A stretch of DNA of 64,000 nucleotides from Gemmatimonadaceae bacterium (GTDB lineage: Bacteria; Gemmatimonadota; Gemmatimonadetes; Gemmatimonadales; Gemmatimonadaceae), in the NCBI GenBank assembly GCA_033763905.1, contig JANRJP010000093.1, positions 29,648 through 93,647 of the forward strand. The letters are read 5' to 3'. Position numbers and translations under genes: made by a program. Of this stretch, positions 48,664 to 59,379 are shown piece after piece. Positions within the stretch are counted from its first letter, which is position 1. Every line of letters begins with the position of its first letter. The notes beneath the pieces are model-generated. The model ran no database searches, had not been told where the DNA came from, and saw only the letters and a list, made by a program, of their open reading frames with translations.

Positions 48664-51600
48664 TAGTGCGCCCCTCCCGACGACGACGGATTGATCTGCC
48701 CGTCGCCGATATGGTTGACCTTCTTCAAGTAGACCACCGCCGTGAAGGTGTTGAGTTCCTCGAAGACGTGGTACGCGCGCTTGTCTTCGACCAGCTTCGA
48801 CACCGTCCAGCTGGTGTCGGCGGCGTCACCGAAGACGATGGCGCGGGACGGACAGGCCTGCGCGCAGGCGGTCGTGAACGAGTCGCCCTGGAGCGCCGTC
48901 CCTTCGACCTGCGAGCGGTTTTCGGCCTCGCGGATGCGCTGCACGCAGAACGTGCACTTCTCCATCACGCCCTTGCCGCGGACGGTGACGTCCGGGTTGA
49001 GCTGCCAGTTGAGCGGCTCGGGGAAGGCATACTGGCGGCGATCGGGTTCACCGAAGCCGAACCAGTTGAAGTAGCGGACCTTGTACGGGCAGTTGTTCGA
49101 GCAGTAACGCGTGCCCACGCAGCGGTTGTAGACCTGGACGTTCAGGCCGTCCGGCGAGTGGTACGTCGCGTACACCGGGCAGACCGGCTCGCACGGCGCG
49201 TTGCCGCAGTGCTGACACATCATCGGCACGAAGCGCGTGTCGAAATCGCTCGAGCCGTCCTCACCGCCCTCGAAGTAGCGCTCGAGACGGATCCAGGCCA
49301 TTTCGCGGCCCTTGAGGATGTTGGCACCCGGACGGGCGTCCACCGCGCCGGAGAGCAGCGTGCGACCCTGCCACGGCGCGCCGACGGTCGGGATGTTGTT
49401 TTCGGAGTAGCAGGCCGTGACGCAGGCCGAGCAGCCCGTGCACTTGGCCAGGTCGATCGTCATCGCCCAACGGCGCTTGGCCATCGGGACGAGATCGGTC
49501 GGGTCGTCGGGGTTCAGGACGTTGTTCGGGTCATACAGCCCCTGGTCCTTGCCCTTCGCACCGGTCGGCGCGAGTTCACCCTGCGCGTCCGCCGCCACCG
49601 GCGACTTGAGGCCGCGCTCGAAGCGCGGGTCGGGGTTGCCCGCGATGCCGTGCTTGCCGGCGAAGGCGCCCAAGGCCGGCGCGAGCGCCGCCCCGTGATC
49701 CCCTTCGGCCGCGGCATCCGCGCCGTGCTCACCGCCTTCCGCGCCGTGATGCTCGACCGGGTTGTTCTCGGCGTACTTCTCCTTCGGCTCGTCGCGCCAC
49801 ACCCGGCCCTTGAGCTTCGAGAGTTCGGCGACCGTGACGGCCTGACCGATGCCGCGGTCGTGCTGACGGGCCGACCCTTCGGTCGTCACCAGTTCTTCCT
49901 GACGGCCGACCTTCGACACCGAGCCCTTCGTCGCGGTGAAGACCAAGCCACCCGACTTGCCTTCTTCCGCCACCGGCAGCAACGCCATCGCGTTCACACC
50001 GACGTTCTGGGCGTAGCGCCCATAGCCCGTGTGTCCGCGGCCGGTCGCGATCGCCACGACGTCTTCGCGCACGCCGAGGTACGGCCAGACCGGCGCCTGA
50101 ATGCTGCCCTGCGCCGTCTTCACTTCGACCACGTCGTGCTCACGCAGACCAAGCTTGCGGGCGGTCAGCGGATGGATTTCCACCCACGACTGCCAGGCCA
50201 CCTTCGAGACGGGGTCCGGGAGTTCCTGCAGCCACGGCTTGTTCGCGCCACGACCGTCGGCACCGAGCAGCGCCGAGGGATACACGTGGACGAAGAACTC
50301 GCCCTGCGATTCGCCGAGCGCCGGCGCCGCCTTCGGGGCGGCGTGCGCGGGCGCGGCGCTCTTGAGCGTGCTGCCCGTCGCGATGCCGTTCGGGAGCGCG
50401 GCGACCATCGCCGACGCACCACCGGGGAGGCGCGCGGTCAACCACGCGCGGTAATTCTCGGCCGGATACTTCGAGGCGTTGCCAACGTCCGCCTTCGCAA
50501 GCGTGATCAGCACATCGGCCGTCGCGCGCGTGTCGAACACCGGCTCCATCGCCGGCTGCTGCAGGGCGATCTTGCCACCCGGCGCATCGGCGTCACCCCA
50601 CGACTCGAGGCCGTGGTGGTCAGGGAGGATGAGATCCGCGAGCATCGCGGTCTCGTCCGGCACGTTGGTGAAGGCGACCTTGAAGGCCACCTTGCCGAGC
50701 GCGTCGGCGGCCTTGAGCGCCGTCGGCAGCGCGTAGGCCAGGTTCGTGCCGCGGACGAAGACGAGCGGCACCGAGCCGGCGGCCATCTTCTCAACGGCGG
50801 CGCGGATGTCGGAGAACGTCGCGAGGCGATCGTAGTTGCCGATGCTCTCGGACGGCTTGATCGTGTTGCCCACCGAACCGGCCGCCTTGTTCAACTCGGC
50901 GACCGCGATCGCGATGTCGGTCGCGTTCGGCGTGGTGGCGCCGGCAATCGCCAGTAGCCCACGGCCCGCCTTGGCGACGTCCTTCTTGAGGCGCTCGAGC
51001 TGCGCCGGCTTCACGCCAGCGGACTTGGCGGCCTCGTCCGCCGAGATGGCGCCGCGGAGGAAGCGGGCGATCTCGAGCTCGCTGCCCGGGCTGGCCGGGA
51101 TCCACTCATCGGCGTTGAGGCCGGTGAGCGAGCGACGCGGCCCGATATAGACGTGGCGCGGGGCGCCTTCGAGCTTGGCACGGGCGTCGGCCCAACCGAG
51201 CTGCTGCGGGACGACCTGGCCCCAGGTGTCGAGGAAGTCGGCCGAGAACGAGAGCACGAGCGAGGCTGCGCCGAAGTCGAGCGCCGGCCAGGCGGCGCCG
51301 TACGCCGCCTTGTTGCCGGCGATGACCGGGAGTTCGGCATCGAGATCGACGCTCAGGTGCGCCGGCATCCCGAAGTTCGCGAGCCACTGGTCGAGGAACG
51401 CCGGGAAGGAGCCCGCCTCGTGCTGATTGAAAAAGATCGCGTCCTTCGCGACCCCCTTCGAACGCGCTTCGCCGAGCTTCTGCCCGAGCAGCTCGAGCGC
51501 CTTGTCCCACGAGATCGGCTTGAGCGCGCCGCCCTCGCGGACCATCGGGCCGCGGAAGCGATCCGGATTGTAGAGGCCCTGCACGCCCGACTGACCACGC

Positions 51601-51890
51601 GCGCAGACCGCGCCCTGGTTCACCGGGTGATTCGGATTGCCTTCGACCTTGATGACGCGGCCGTCGCGAGTCTCGGCGATGAGACCACAGGCGGCGGCGC
51701 ACTCGCGGCAGGTCGTGGCGTAGTACGTCGAAACACCCGGAACGGTCTGGTCCGGGTTCTGGAGGTAGGGCACCAGACGCTGAATGCCGTCGGTGTCGCA
51801 CCCTACGATGGTCGTGGTGGCGCCGGTGGCGCCCAGGACCTTGAGGAATCGGCGGCGGTCCACGCCGCGCGTCGTCGTGTCAGTGCTCAT
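48663..51890 (-). CDS. actB: alternative complex III ActB (molybdopterin-oxidoreductase-like domain plus Fe-S domain), Tat lipoprotein
   Basis: DRRRFLK...[62 protein letters not shown]. Confidence 0.93.
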   Translation of the reverse strand: MSTDTTTRGVDRRRFLKVLGATGATTTIVGCDTDGIQRLVPYLQNPDQTVPGVSTYYATTCRECAAACGLIAETRDGRVIKVEGNPNHPVNQGAVCARGQSGVQGLYNPDRFRGPMVREGGALKPISWDKALELLGQKLGEARSKGVAKDAIFFNQHEAGSFPAFLDQWLANFGMPAHLSVDLDAELPVIAGNKAAYGAAWPALDFGAASLVLSFSADFLDTWGQVVPQQLGWADARAKLEGAPRHVYIGPRRSLTGLNADEWIPASPGSELEIARFLRGAISADEAAKSAGVKPAQLERLKKDVAKAGRGLLAIAGATTPNATDIAIAVAELNKAAGSVGNTIKPSESIGNYDRLATFSDIRAAVEKMAAGSVPLVFVRGTNLAYALPTALKAADALGKVAFKVAFTNVPDETAMLADLILPDHHGLESWGDADAPGGKIALQQPAMEPVFDTRATADVLITLAKADVGNASKYPAENYRAWLTARLPGGASAMVAALPNGIATGSTLKSAAPAHAAPKAAPALGESQGEFFVHVYPSALLGADGRGANKPWLQELPDPVSKVAWQSWVEIHPLTARKLGLREHDVVEVKTAQGSIQAPVWPYLGVREDVVAIATGRGHTGYGRYAQNVGVNAMALLPVAEEGKSGGLVFTATKGSVSKVGRQEELVTTEGSARQHDRGIGQAVTVAELSKLKGRVWRDEPKEKYAENNPVEHHGAEGGEHGADAAAEGDHGAALAPALGAFAGKHGIAGNPDPRFERGLKSPVAADAQGELAPTGAKGKDQGLYDPNNVLNPDDPTDLVPMAKRRWAMTIDLAKCTGCSACVTACYSENNIPTVGAPWQGRTLLSGAVDARPGANILKGREMAWIRLERYFEGGEDGSSDFDTRFVPMMCQHCGNAPCEPVCPVYATYHSPDGLNVQVYNRCVGTRYCSNNCPYKVRYFNWFGFGEPDRRQYAFPEPLNWQLNPDVTVRGKGVMEKCTFCVQRIREAENRSQVEGTALQGDSFTTACAQACPSRAIVFGDAADTSWTVSKLVEDKRAYHVFEELNTFTAVVYLKKVNHIGDGQINPSSSGGAH

Positions 51891-51898
51891 AGGGCGAC

Positions 51899-52666
51899 TC
51901 AGTAGTGGCAGACGGCGCAGTCATAGCGCGCCTTCTTGAGCGAGGACGACGCCGCGGAAGCGGGAGCCGCTGCGGTTTCCTGCGCGTGGGCTTCACGGAC
52001 CACGGAGCCCATCACCTTGCCGAAGAGGCTCTTCGAGGCCGGCGCCGGATTCGACGCGAGGCTGAAGCCGCCCTTGCCGTCCTTGGAGTAGCCGGAGGCG
52101 ATTTCGCCCTTGGCCGGGTCATAGCCATTGACGTGGCAGCTGACGCACCAGCCCATGTTGAGCGAGCTGTACTGATAGACGCGCTCCATCTTCTGCACCT
52201 GCCCGTGGCAGGTCTGGCAGGTGACGCCCGTCTTGATGTGGCGCATATGCGGGAACTGGACGTAGTCCGGGATCTTGTGGATGCGGACCCACGGCACCGG
52301 CTTCTTGTCGGCCCAGTACTTCGCGAGCTTCTGGATCTCGGGGCTCTGCGTCTTCACGACCTGATGGCAACCCATACAGGTGCCCACCGCCGGCATCCCC
52401 GGATCGGGCGACTTGTTCGCCGCGAAGTGGCAGTACTGGCAGTTCATCTTGGCCTTCTGCACGTGAACCGGGTGCGGAAAGTTGATGGGCTGCTCAGGGG
52501 CGTAGCCCTGCTTGGACGAGGCGCCCGAGTATCCCCAGGGGCCGTGCTTGGCGTCCAGCTTGGTCGTGGTGTCGGGTGTTGCGTCCTGCGCGGCGGCGGG
52601 TGCCGCGGCGAATGCCAGAGAGAGGGCAGTGAACGCAACCGCTACGTGCTTCCAGCTCACAATCAT
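51899..52666 (-). CDS. actA: alternative complex III pentaheme cytochrome c ActA
   Basis: QPINFPH; five CxxCH motifs (CQYCH, CMGCH, CQTCH, CVSCH, CAVCH). Confidence 0.9.
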   Translation of the reverse strand: MIVSWKHVAVAFTALSLAFAAAPAAAQDATPDTTTKLDAKHGPWGYSGASSKQGYAPEQPINFPHPVHVQKAKMNCQYCHFAANKSPDPGMPAVGTCMGCHQVVKTQSPEIQKLAKYWADKKPVPWVRIHKIPDYVQFPHMRHIKTGVTCQTCHGQVQKMERVYQYSSLNMGWCVSCHVNGYDPAKGEIASGYSKDGKGGFSLASNPAPASKSLFGKVMGSVVREAHAQETAAAPASAASSSLKKARYDCAVCHY

Positions 52667-52706
52667 CGCGGAGGGTGTGGTGAGCCCGCCCTTAAGGGCG
52701 CGGGGC

Positions 52707-52724
52707 TTGTGAAATTTTTCACAA
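52707..52724. promoter_or_regulatory. Rex-type operator
   Basis: Perfect TTGTGAA-ATTT-TTCACAA, 40 nt upstream of actA. Confidence 0.8.
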
Positions 52725-52825
52725 GGGGCAAACGACTAAGACGCGAAATTTCTCCCCGTAAAGACACGGAATCAAGGGAGCCCTGCGTTAATGCTTCGTG
52801 CGGCGCGCACACCGCACGTGGTCCG

Positions 52826-53617
52826 TCAGTCCGAGTCCCTACCGGAACCTCGGGGCGAATGCAGGGGCTGGCCCGTCAGTTCCCGATGCTGCCGATCGAA
52901 CGATCGCACCACTTCGATCACCATCGCCCGCAGCAGTTCGATCTCCCGCGCGTCCGGTGAAGTACGGAATGCGAACGACCGCACCGACCGCATCACGTGG
53001 TCGGGATTCCGGGTCTTCAGGAAGTCGATCGTCTGCAGGGCGCGCAGCGCATCGGCGAAGAGCCGCTCGTACGCCTCGTGGCTGGCGGGTGGGGCGTCCT
53101 TCCGCGGCCGCTTCGGCGCACGCGTGGCGTCCCCAGCCAGGAGATGCAGTTCGTACAGCCCCACCAGCACCGCCTGCGCCACGTTCAGCGAGGCGTGCTC
53201 CGTCGTCGGGATCGTGACCGCGAGCGACGCCCGGTCGATCGCCTCGTTCGGCAGCCCCCAGTCCTCGCGCCCGAAAAGCAGGGCGACCGGTGCCACTTCT
53301 GCGTCTTCAATCAAGAGCTCCGCCGCCGCCCGCGGGGTCCGCAACGGCCACTTCGCCGCGCGCGGCTTCCCGATGAACGCGGCCACCCGCACGCAATCGG
53401 CGATCGCCTCGTCGAGCGTATCGTGCACCCGAATCGCATCGATGATGTCCCGCGTGCCGTGCGCGATGCCTTCCAACCGATACGGATCGTACGGACAGGG
53501 CTTCACCAACCGCAGATCGGACACGCCCATATTCTTCATCGCCCGGACCGTACCGGCGATGTTCACGGGGTCCTGCGGCTCCAGCAGGACGATGCGCACG
53601 CGATCGAGAATCGACAC
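52826..53617 (-). CDS. TrmJ/LasT family SPOUT RNA methyltransferase
   Basis: NIAGTVRAMKNMG, LFGREDWGL, SLNVAQA; GTG start estimated. Confidence 0.9.
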   Translation of the reverse strand: MSILDRVRIVLLEPQDPVNIAGTVRAMKNMGVSDLRLVKPCPYDPYRLEGIAHGTRDIIDAIRVHDTLDEAIADCVRVAAFIGKPRAAKWPLRTPRAAAELLIEDAEVAPVALLFGREDWGLPNEAIDRASLAVTIPTTEHASLNVAQAVLVGLYELHLLAGDATRAPKRPRKDAPPASHEAYERLFADALRALQTIDFLKTRNPDHVMRSVRSFAFRTSPDAREIELLRAMVIEVVRSFDRQHRELTGQPLHSPRGSGRDSD

Positions 53618-53708
53618 GGCACGAAAGTAGCACGCCCCGGTCGGTCGAGGCACCGTGACCGATGCGTTGCCCTGCCGCGCTGGAACGCCCGATTAGCTTT
53701 CGCGCACG

Positions 53709-54350
53709 ATGCTCGATCTTCTTCGCGAACTCTTCGACAAGCTCCGCGACCTGCCGGCGCTCGTGCAGTGGGCCGGCTACGTCGGCGTCACGGCCATCAT
53801 CTTCGTCGAGACGGGGACGCTGTTCTTCTTCCTGCCTGGCGACTCGCTGCTGGTGACCGCCGGCCTCGTCGCGGCGCAGCCGTCCTTCGGCCTCAACGTC
53901 TGGTGGCTCGGCCTGCTCTGCTCGGTGGCCGCCATCGTCGGCGACACGATCAGCTACACGATCGGCCGCACCCTCGGCCCGCGCCTCTTCACGAAGACGG
54001 ACTCGTTCCTCTTCAACCAGAAGCATCTCAAGACGGCGCACGCCTTCTACGAGAAGCACGGCGGCAAGACGATCGTCCTCGCTCGCTTCGTGCCGATCAT
54101 TCGGACCTTCGCCCCGGTCGTCGCCGGTGCGGCGCAGATGCAGTACCGCTCGTTCGTCTTCTACAACGTGACCGGCGGGCTTGCGTGGATCTGGAGTATG
54201 CTGCTGCTCGGCTACTGGCTCGGCAGCGTGATTCCGGGGCTCGACAAGCAGGTGGATAAGCTGGCGATCGTCATCGTGTTCATTTCGATCCTTCCCATCC
54301 TGTGGGAGTGGTACAAGGAACGTCGTCGCGCGGCCGCGTCGGCGAGCTGA
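53709..54350 (+). CDS. DedA family membrane protein
   Basis: FVETG...LPGDSLL, GD...[16 protein letters not shown]. Confidence 0.93.
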   Translation: MLDLLRELFDKLRDLPALVQWAGYVGVTAIIFVETGTLFFFLPGDSLLVTAGLVAAQPSFGLNVWWLGLLCSVAAIVGDTISYTIGRTLGPRLFTKTDSFLFNQKHLKTAHAFYEKHGGKTIVLARFVPIIRTFAPVVAGAAQMQYRSFVFYNVTGGLAWIWSMLLLGYWLGSVIPGLDKQVDKLAIVIVFISILPILWEWYKERRRAAASAS

Positions 54351-54409
54351 CACGTTCCGGTTTGCAGGCAGGTTTTCATCACTTCACCGTTCTACCTGGA
54401 GCAACTCCA

Positions 54410-55006
54410 ATGGCGCACACGTTGCCGGCCCTGCCCTACGCCCCCGAGGCGCTGGAGCCGCATATCGACGCCCAGACGATGCAGATCCATCACGGGAAGC
54501 ATCATCAGGCGTACGTCACCAACCTGAACGCGGCGATCGAGAAGGCGCCGGAGCTGGCGAGCTGGTCGCTGGACGAACTCTGCACGAAGATCGCGCAGGT
54601 GCCGGAAGCCGTGCGCGGTGCGGTGCGCAACAACGGCGGCGGGCACTGGAACCACTCGATGTTCTGGCAGTGGATGTCGCCCAAGGGCGGCGGTGAGCCC
54701 ACGGGCAAGCTGGCCGACGCGATCACGGCGTCGTTCGGCAGCTTCGCGACGTTCAAGGAGCAGTTCCAGCAGGCCGGTATGACCCGCTTCGGCTCAGGCT
54801 GGGCCTGGCTCGTCAAGGACGACGCCAAGCTCGCCATTCTCAGCACGCCGAATCAGGACAACCCGGCGATGGAAGGCAAGCACGCGCTCCTCGGCGTGGA
54901 TGTGTGGGAGCACGCGTACTACCTCAAGTACCAGAACCGCCGCGCCGACTACCTCGCCGCGTTCTGGAACGTCGTGCACTGGGACGCGGTCGCGTCCGCG
55001 CTCTGA
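54410..55006 (+). CDS. sodA: superoxide dismutase, Mn-type signature
   Basis: [39 protein letters not shown] at 54410. Confidence 0.93.
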   Translation: MAHTLPALPYAPEALEPHIDAQTMQIHHGKHHQAYVTNLNAAIEKAPELASWSLDELCTKIAQVPEAVRGAVRNNGGGHWNHSMFWQWMSPKGGGEPTGKLADAITASFGSFATFKEQFQQAGMTRFGSGWAWLVKDDAKLAILSTPNQDNPAMEGKHALLGVDVWEHAYYLKYQNRRADYLAAFWNVVHWDAVASAL

Positions 55007-55021
55007 GCTGCTCCGGCGAGC

Positions 55022-56284
55022 TCAGCGCTCGCCGGCCACCAGGTCATCGATGCCGCCGTCGCCGGGCTGTGCCAGCCGGTCCGGCGGCATCGGTCGTTTC
55101 CGGGCCAAAGCGCCCAAGAGCGGTGGCGTGACGAACGTCGTGCCGAGCACCATCAGCATAATCGCGCCGAACTCGCCCGCCGCGATGGCGCCAGAGGCCA
55201 AGCCCATCTGCGCGAAGATCAAGCCGACTTCGCCCCGCGGGACCATCGCGACGCCGATCAGCAACTTGTCGCCACGGAACCACCAGGGCGCGTAGCCGGC
55301 CAGCACCTTCCCCACGACGCCAACGAGCAACAGGGCGCCGCCGAACGCCAGCGCACTCGGATCTGCCAAGGCGCGCAGATCGACCGCCGCACCGACGCTC
55401 GCGAAGAAAATCGGGACGAAGAAGTGTCCGAGGTTCGTCGCGAAGTGTTCGATCTCTTCCCGCTGCCGCGTGGGATGCAGGATCACGCCGGCCGCAAACG
55501 CGCCGACGATCATCGCCGAACCCGCCTTGGCGGCGAGGTGGGCCAACCCAAAGGCCACGGCCAAGGTGAGCAAGCCCAGTGCACCGGTGAGCTTGATCCG
55601 CGAAATCGCCCGGAGATACGGCTTGATCAACACGCCGCCAATCACCAGCGCCGCAACGACGAATCCAATCGCCACCGCGCCGATGCGCACGACGCCCAGC
55701 GCATCGACGCCGGAGCCGGCGACAAGTCCGGAGATGACCGCCAGAATGATGAGCCCGACGATGTCGTCGAGCACGGCGGCACCGAGCGTCACTTGGCCCT
55801 CGGGCGTGTCGAGCCGACCGAGGTCCGAGAGCACGCGCGCCGAGATGCCGATGCTCGTGGCGGTCAGCGCGGCGCCGCCCACCAACGCGGGGATCTGCTC
55901 GAGACCGAAGGCGCGTCCCACCGCGTAGCCACCGACGAACGGCAGGATCACGCCCACGAGCCCCACCGTGCTCGCGGCGGCACCGACCTTGGTCAGGGAC
56001 GCGAGGTCGGTGTGCAGTCCGATGGTGAACAACAGCAGCAACACGCCGAGCTCGCTCATCGCGTGCACGACCGGGTTGCCCGGGTCGAGCAGTGCCAGCG
56101 CCGAACCGCCCAGCACGATGCCGGCGATCAACTCGCCGAGGACCGCCGGCTGGCCCAGGCGCTGGGCGACTTCGCCGAACAGCTTGGTCGCCGCAATGAC
56201 CGCAACGAGCGTGACGAGGAGCTCTTCGAATCCCCCTGCCCCTCCCGCTGCCGCCGCAACCGCCGCCGTCGCGGCCACGATCAC
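55022..56284 (-). CDS. cation:proton antiporter (CPA2)
   Basis: GQPAVLGEL, ATSIGI, AAVLDD, PRGEVGLI. Confidence 0.92.
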   Translation of the reverse strand: MIVAATAAVAAAAGGAGGFEELLVTLVAVIAATKLFGEVAQRLGQPAVLGELIAGIVLGGSALALLDPGNPVVHAMSELGVLLLLFTIGLHTDLASLTKVGAAASTVGLVGVILPFVGGYAVGRAFGLEQIPALVGGAALTATSIGISARVLSDLGRLDTPEGQVTLGAAVLDDIVGLIILAVISGLVAGSGVDALGVVRIGAVAIGFVVAALVIGGVLIKPYLRAISRIKLTGALGLLTLAVAFGLAHLAAKAGSAMIVGAFAAGVILHPTRQREEIEHFATNLGHFFVPIFFASVGAAVDLRALADPSALAFGGALLLVGVVGKVLAGYAPWWFRGDKLLIGVAMVPRGEVGLIFAQMGLASGAIAAGEFGAIMLMVLGTTFVTPPLLGALARKRPMPPDRLAQPGDGGIDDLVAGER

Positions 56285-58224
56285 GTCGGCGTTTCCTCGC
56301 CTTCGAGATAGGTGTAGCCTTCGAGCCCGGCGACGTAGTCGGCGATGAAGGTATTGGCCTCGGCCCGGGTGATCGTCGTGCAGCTCTGCACCTTCCGGCG
56401 GAACGTCGCGAGCAGATCGGCGGAGCGGAACTCGACGTAGTCGAGCACTTCGCTCACCGTGTCGCCGCGGACGAGGTCGGTGATCTCGTAGGCGCCGTTG
56501 TCGCGGAGCCGCACGTGCACCGCGTGCGTGTCACCGAAGAGGTTGTGCAGGTCGCCGAGAATTTCCTGGTACGCGCCGGTGAGGAACACGCCGAGCACGT
56601 AGGGTTCCCCTTCGCGAATCGGATGCAGTTCGAGCGCCGGCTTGTCACCGATGAAGCGGTCGATCTTACCGTCGGAATCGCAGGTGACGTCCTGCAGGGT
56701 GCCGCGACGGGTGGGTTCCTCGTCGAGGCGGTGGATCGGCATAATCGGGAACTGCTGATCGATCGCCCAGTTGTCGGGGAGCGACTGGAAAAGCGAGAAG
56801 TTGCAGAAGTAGCGGTCGACCAGCGTGTCGTCGACGGCGTCGGTGATGTCGGCGAACTTCTTGCGGTCGGCATCGACGATCTTCGCGACCGCGTTGATGG
56901 TCGCGAGGTAGAGCTGTTCGGCGATCGCCAGGCCGCGGAGCGAGAGCACGCCGGCGCCGAACAGCGTGCGCGCCTTCTCCTTGGCGTACTGCGCATCGTG
57001 GAAGATCTCGCGCGCGCGTCGCTTGTTGACCGCCTTGAGATCGGCGACCATCTCGTGCAACACGCTGTGATCGTCTTCGGTCAGCTCGGGGATGTCCCAG
57101 GCGTCCTGCCGCTCGACGTCGATGACGTTGATCAACAGCAGCGCGTGGTGCGCGGTCAGCGCGCGCCCCGACTCGCTGACGATGTGCGGCATCGGCAGTT
57201 CGTGCTCGCGGCAGGCGTCGGCAATGGCGTAGACCACGTCGCGGGCGTACTCGGCCAGCGTGTAGTTGATGCTCGCCTGATTGGTGCTGGCGGTGCCGTC
57301 GTAGTCGACCCCCAGCCCGCCCCCGACGTCGACGTGCGTGATGTCGCAGCCGGCGGCGCGCATCTCGACGTAGAATCGGGTGATCTCCTGCAGTGCCGAC
57401 TTGATGAAGCGGATGTCGGTGACCTGCGACCCGATATGAAAATGGATCAGCTTCAGGATGTCGGTCGCGTTCTCGGCGCGCAGCTTGTCGAGCAGGCGGA
57501 CGAGTTGCGCCGTCGTGAGGCCGAACTTCGACTTCTCGCCGCCGCTCTGCGCCCAACGGCCCGAGCCTTCCGAGGCGAGCTTGATGCGCACGCCCGCGTT
57601 GGGACGCACGTCCAGTTCGCGAGCGACCTGCAGCAGCGTGTCGAGTTCGCTCAGCTGCTCGATGACGATGAACACCTTGTGGCCGAGCTTCTGCCCCATC
57701 AGTGCCAGCCGCAGGAATTCCTCGTCCTTGTAGCCGTTGCAGATGATGAGGTGCTCGGAGTTCTCGACCAGCCCGAGGACGATCTGCAGCTCCGGCTTGG
57801 ACCCGCATTCCAAGCCGACCCCCTTGTCGCGGCCGAATTGGACGATCTCTTCGACCACGTGGCGCTGCTGATTGACCTTGATCGGGTAGACCGAGGTGTA
57901 GGAGCCGGTGTACTCGAACTCCCGGATGGCCGCTTCGAAGCTTTCGTCGAGCTGGTGAATACGCGACGCGAGGATGTCCGAGAAGCGGAGCAGAACGGGC
58001 AGCCCCGTGCCCTGCGCCTGCAGGTCGTTGGCGAGGTCGTAGAGATCGACTTCGCGGGCGGCATCGCCGACGTGCGAGCGGACGACGACGTGTCCGCGCT
58101 CGTTCACGTCGAAATAGCCGACGCCCCAGCCTTCGATGTTGTAGAGGGCGCGGGAGCGCTCGACGGACCACGCGGGGAGGGTCGGCGCCTCGATCTTGCG
58201 GCGTTCGGCGGTTGGGGTGCTCAT
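56281..58224 (-). CDS. speA: biosynthetic arginine decarboxylase
   Basis: YPIKVNQ, CNGYKD, HFHIGSQ, ESGRA, TCDSDG, GAYQEILG; ATG at 58224. Confidence 0.95.
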   Translation of the reverse strand: MSTPTAERRKIEAPTLPAWSVERSRALYNIEGWGVGYFDVNERGHVVVRSHVGDAAREVDLYDLANDLQAQGTGLPVLLRFSDILASRIHQLDESFEAAIREFEYTGSYTSVYPIKVNQQRHVVEEIVQFGRDKGVGLECGSKPELQIVLGLVENSEHLIICNGYKDEEFLRLALMGQKLGHKVFIVIEQLSELDTLLQVARELDVRPNAGVRIKLASEGSGRWAQSGGEKSKFGLTTAQLVRLLDKLRAENATDILKLIHFHIGSQVTDIRFIKSALQEITRFYVEMRAAGCDITHVDVGGGLGVDYDGTASTNQASINYTLAEYARDVVYAIADACREHELPMPHIVSESGRALTAHHALLLINVIDVERQDAWDIPELTEDDHSVLHEMVADLKAVNKRRAREIFHDAQYAKEKARTLFGAGVLSLRGLAIAEQLYLATINAVAKIVDADRKKFADITDAVDDTLVDRYFCNFSLFQSLPDNWAIDQQFPIMPIHRLDEEPTRRGTLQDVTCDSDGKIDRFIGDKPALELHPIREGEPYVLGVFLTGAYQEILGDLHNLFGDTHAVHVRLRDNGAYEITDLVRGDTVSEVLDYVEFRSADLLATFRRKVQSCTTITRAEANTFIADYVAGLEGYTYLEGEETPT

Positions 58225-58340
58225 AGCGGGGAAACGTAGCGATGCCAGCCCCCCGCGAAAACGGCTCCCGGGGTGGTGCGTTGTCACGATGTCGTGCAGA
58301 GTTCTGTCGTCCCCGGTCGTTCCCACTTTCGAGGTCTCCG

Positions 58341-58778
58341 ATGGCCCGCTTCGTCTCCCGTCTCGCCTTTCCGATCGCCTTCCTCGCGGCAGTGGCCCTG
58401 TCGTCGCCCGCGGCGGCGCAGCAGCAGAAGTCCACCGTGGTCTCATCGCGCGATGCCTCGCCGGCGACGCCGGTCTCGAAGGGCGAGCGCCAGCTGATTT
58501 GCCGCGGCGGGACGATCCCGACCGGCTGGATTCTGGTGGACGACGTGAAGGACCCGAAGTCGTGCGGCGGCGAGAACCCAGCGGTGCTCAACACCTACAA
58601 CGTCTGGGCGATCGAGAAGTACGAGTCGCAGCCGTCGGGCGCGATGATCGATGTGTGCGCCGCGACGCCGACGCCCAAGGGCTGGGTGCTGGTGGACATC
58701 TACCGCGACAAGACGCGCTGCGGCCACCCGCAGGACAACTGGGGCGCGAACGTGAAGCGCATCCGGAAGCAGGGCTGA
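58341..58778 (+). CDS. secreted protein with two internal Cys-flanked repeats
   Basis: Signal peptide ending PAAA-Q; coding-like codon usage. Confidence 0.75.
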   Translation: MARFVSRLAFPIAFLAAVALSSPAAAQQQKSTVVSSRDASPATPVSKGERQLICRGGTIPTGWILVDDVKDPKSCGGENPAVLNTYNVWAIEKYESQPSGAMIDVCAATPTPKGWVLVDIYRDKTRCGHPQDNWGANVKRIRKQG

Positions 58779-58821
58779 GGTCGGCGCCGCGCCGCGTGCC
58801 CCGCGGCGTGGTGCACTCCTG

Positions 58822-59379
58822 ATGATCAGCCGCCTCGCGACCTGGTTCTTCAACGGGCTCGCCGTCGCCGCGCCACTCGGGGTGACGGTGTGGATCGTCG
58901 TGTGGGCGTTCCGCACGGTGGACGGCTGGTTGGGGCTCGAGTGGCCCGGTGCCGGCCTGGCGATCACCCTGGGCGGCATCACGCTGTTCGGCGCCTTGGC
59001 ATCGAACGTCATCACGACGCGCGGCGTCGAGTTGCTCGATCGGCTCTTCGAGCGCCTGCCTCTCGTCCGCCTGCTCTACACGAGCATCAAGGATCTGTTC
59101 GAGGCCTTCGTCGGTGACAAGCGGCGATTCACCGTGCCGGTGCTGGTGCCGGTGTCGGCGCACGCCTCGGCCAAGGCGCTGGGCTTCATTACGCACGAAA
59201 CCGTCGACGCCTTGGGCCTCGACGGTTTCGTGGCGGTCTACCTGCCGTTTTCGTACTCGGTGGCAGGTCGCGTGCTGTTCTACCCTGCGACCGACGTGAC
59301 ACGGGTCGATGTCGATGGCGCCGACGCGATGGCGTTCGTCGTATCCGGCGGCGTCACCGACCTCAAGCCCAAGCGTTAG
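58822..59379 (+). CDS. DUF502 family membrane protein
   Basis: FFNGL...PLGVT, LPLVRLLYTSIKD, FVVSGG. Confidence 0.88.
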   Translation: MISRLATWFFNGLAVAAPLGVTVWIVVWAFRTVDGWLGLEWPGAGLAITLGGITLFGALASNVITTRGVELLDRLFERLPLVRLLYTSIKDLFEAFVGDKRRFTVPVLVPVSAHASAKALGFITHETVDALGLDGFVAVYLPFSYSVAGRVLFYPATDVTRVDVDGADAMAFVVSGGVTDLKPKR

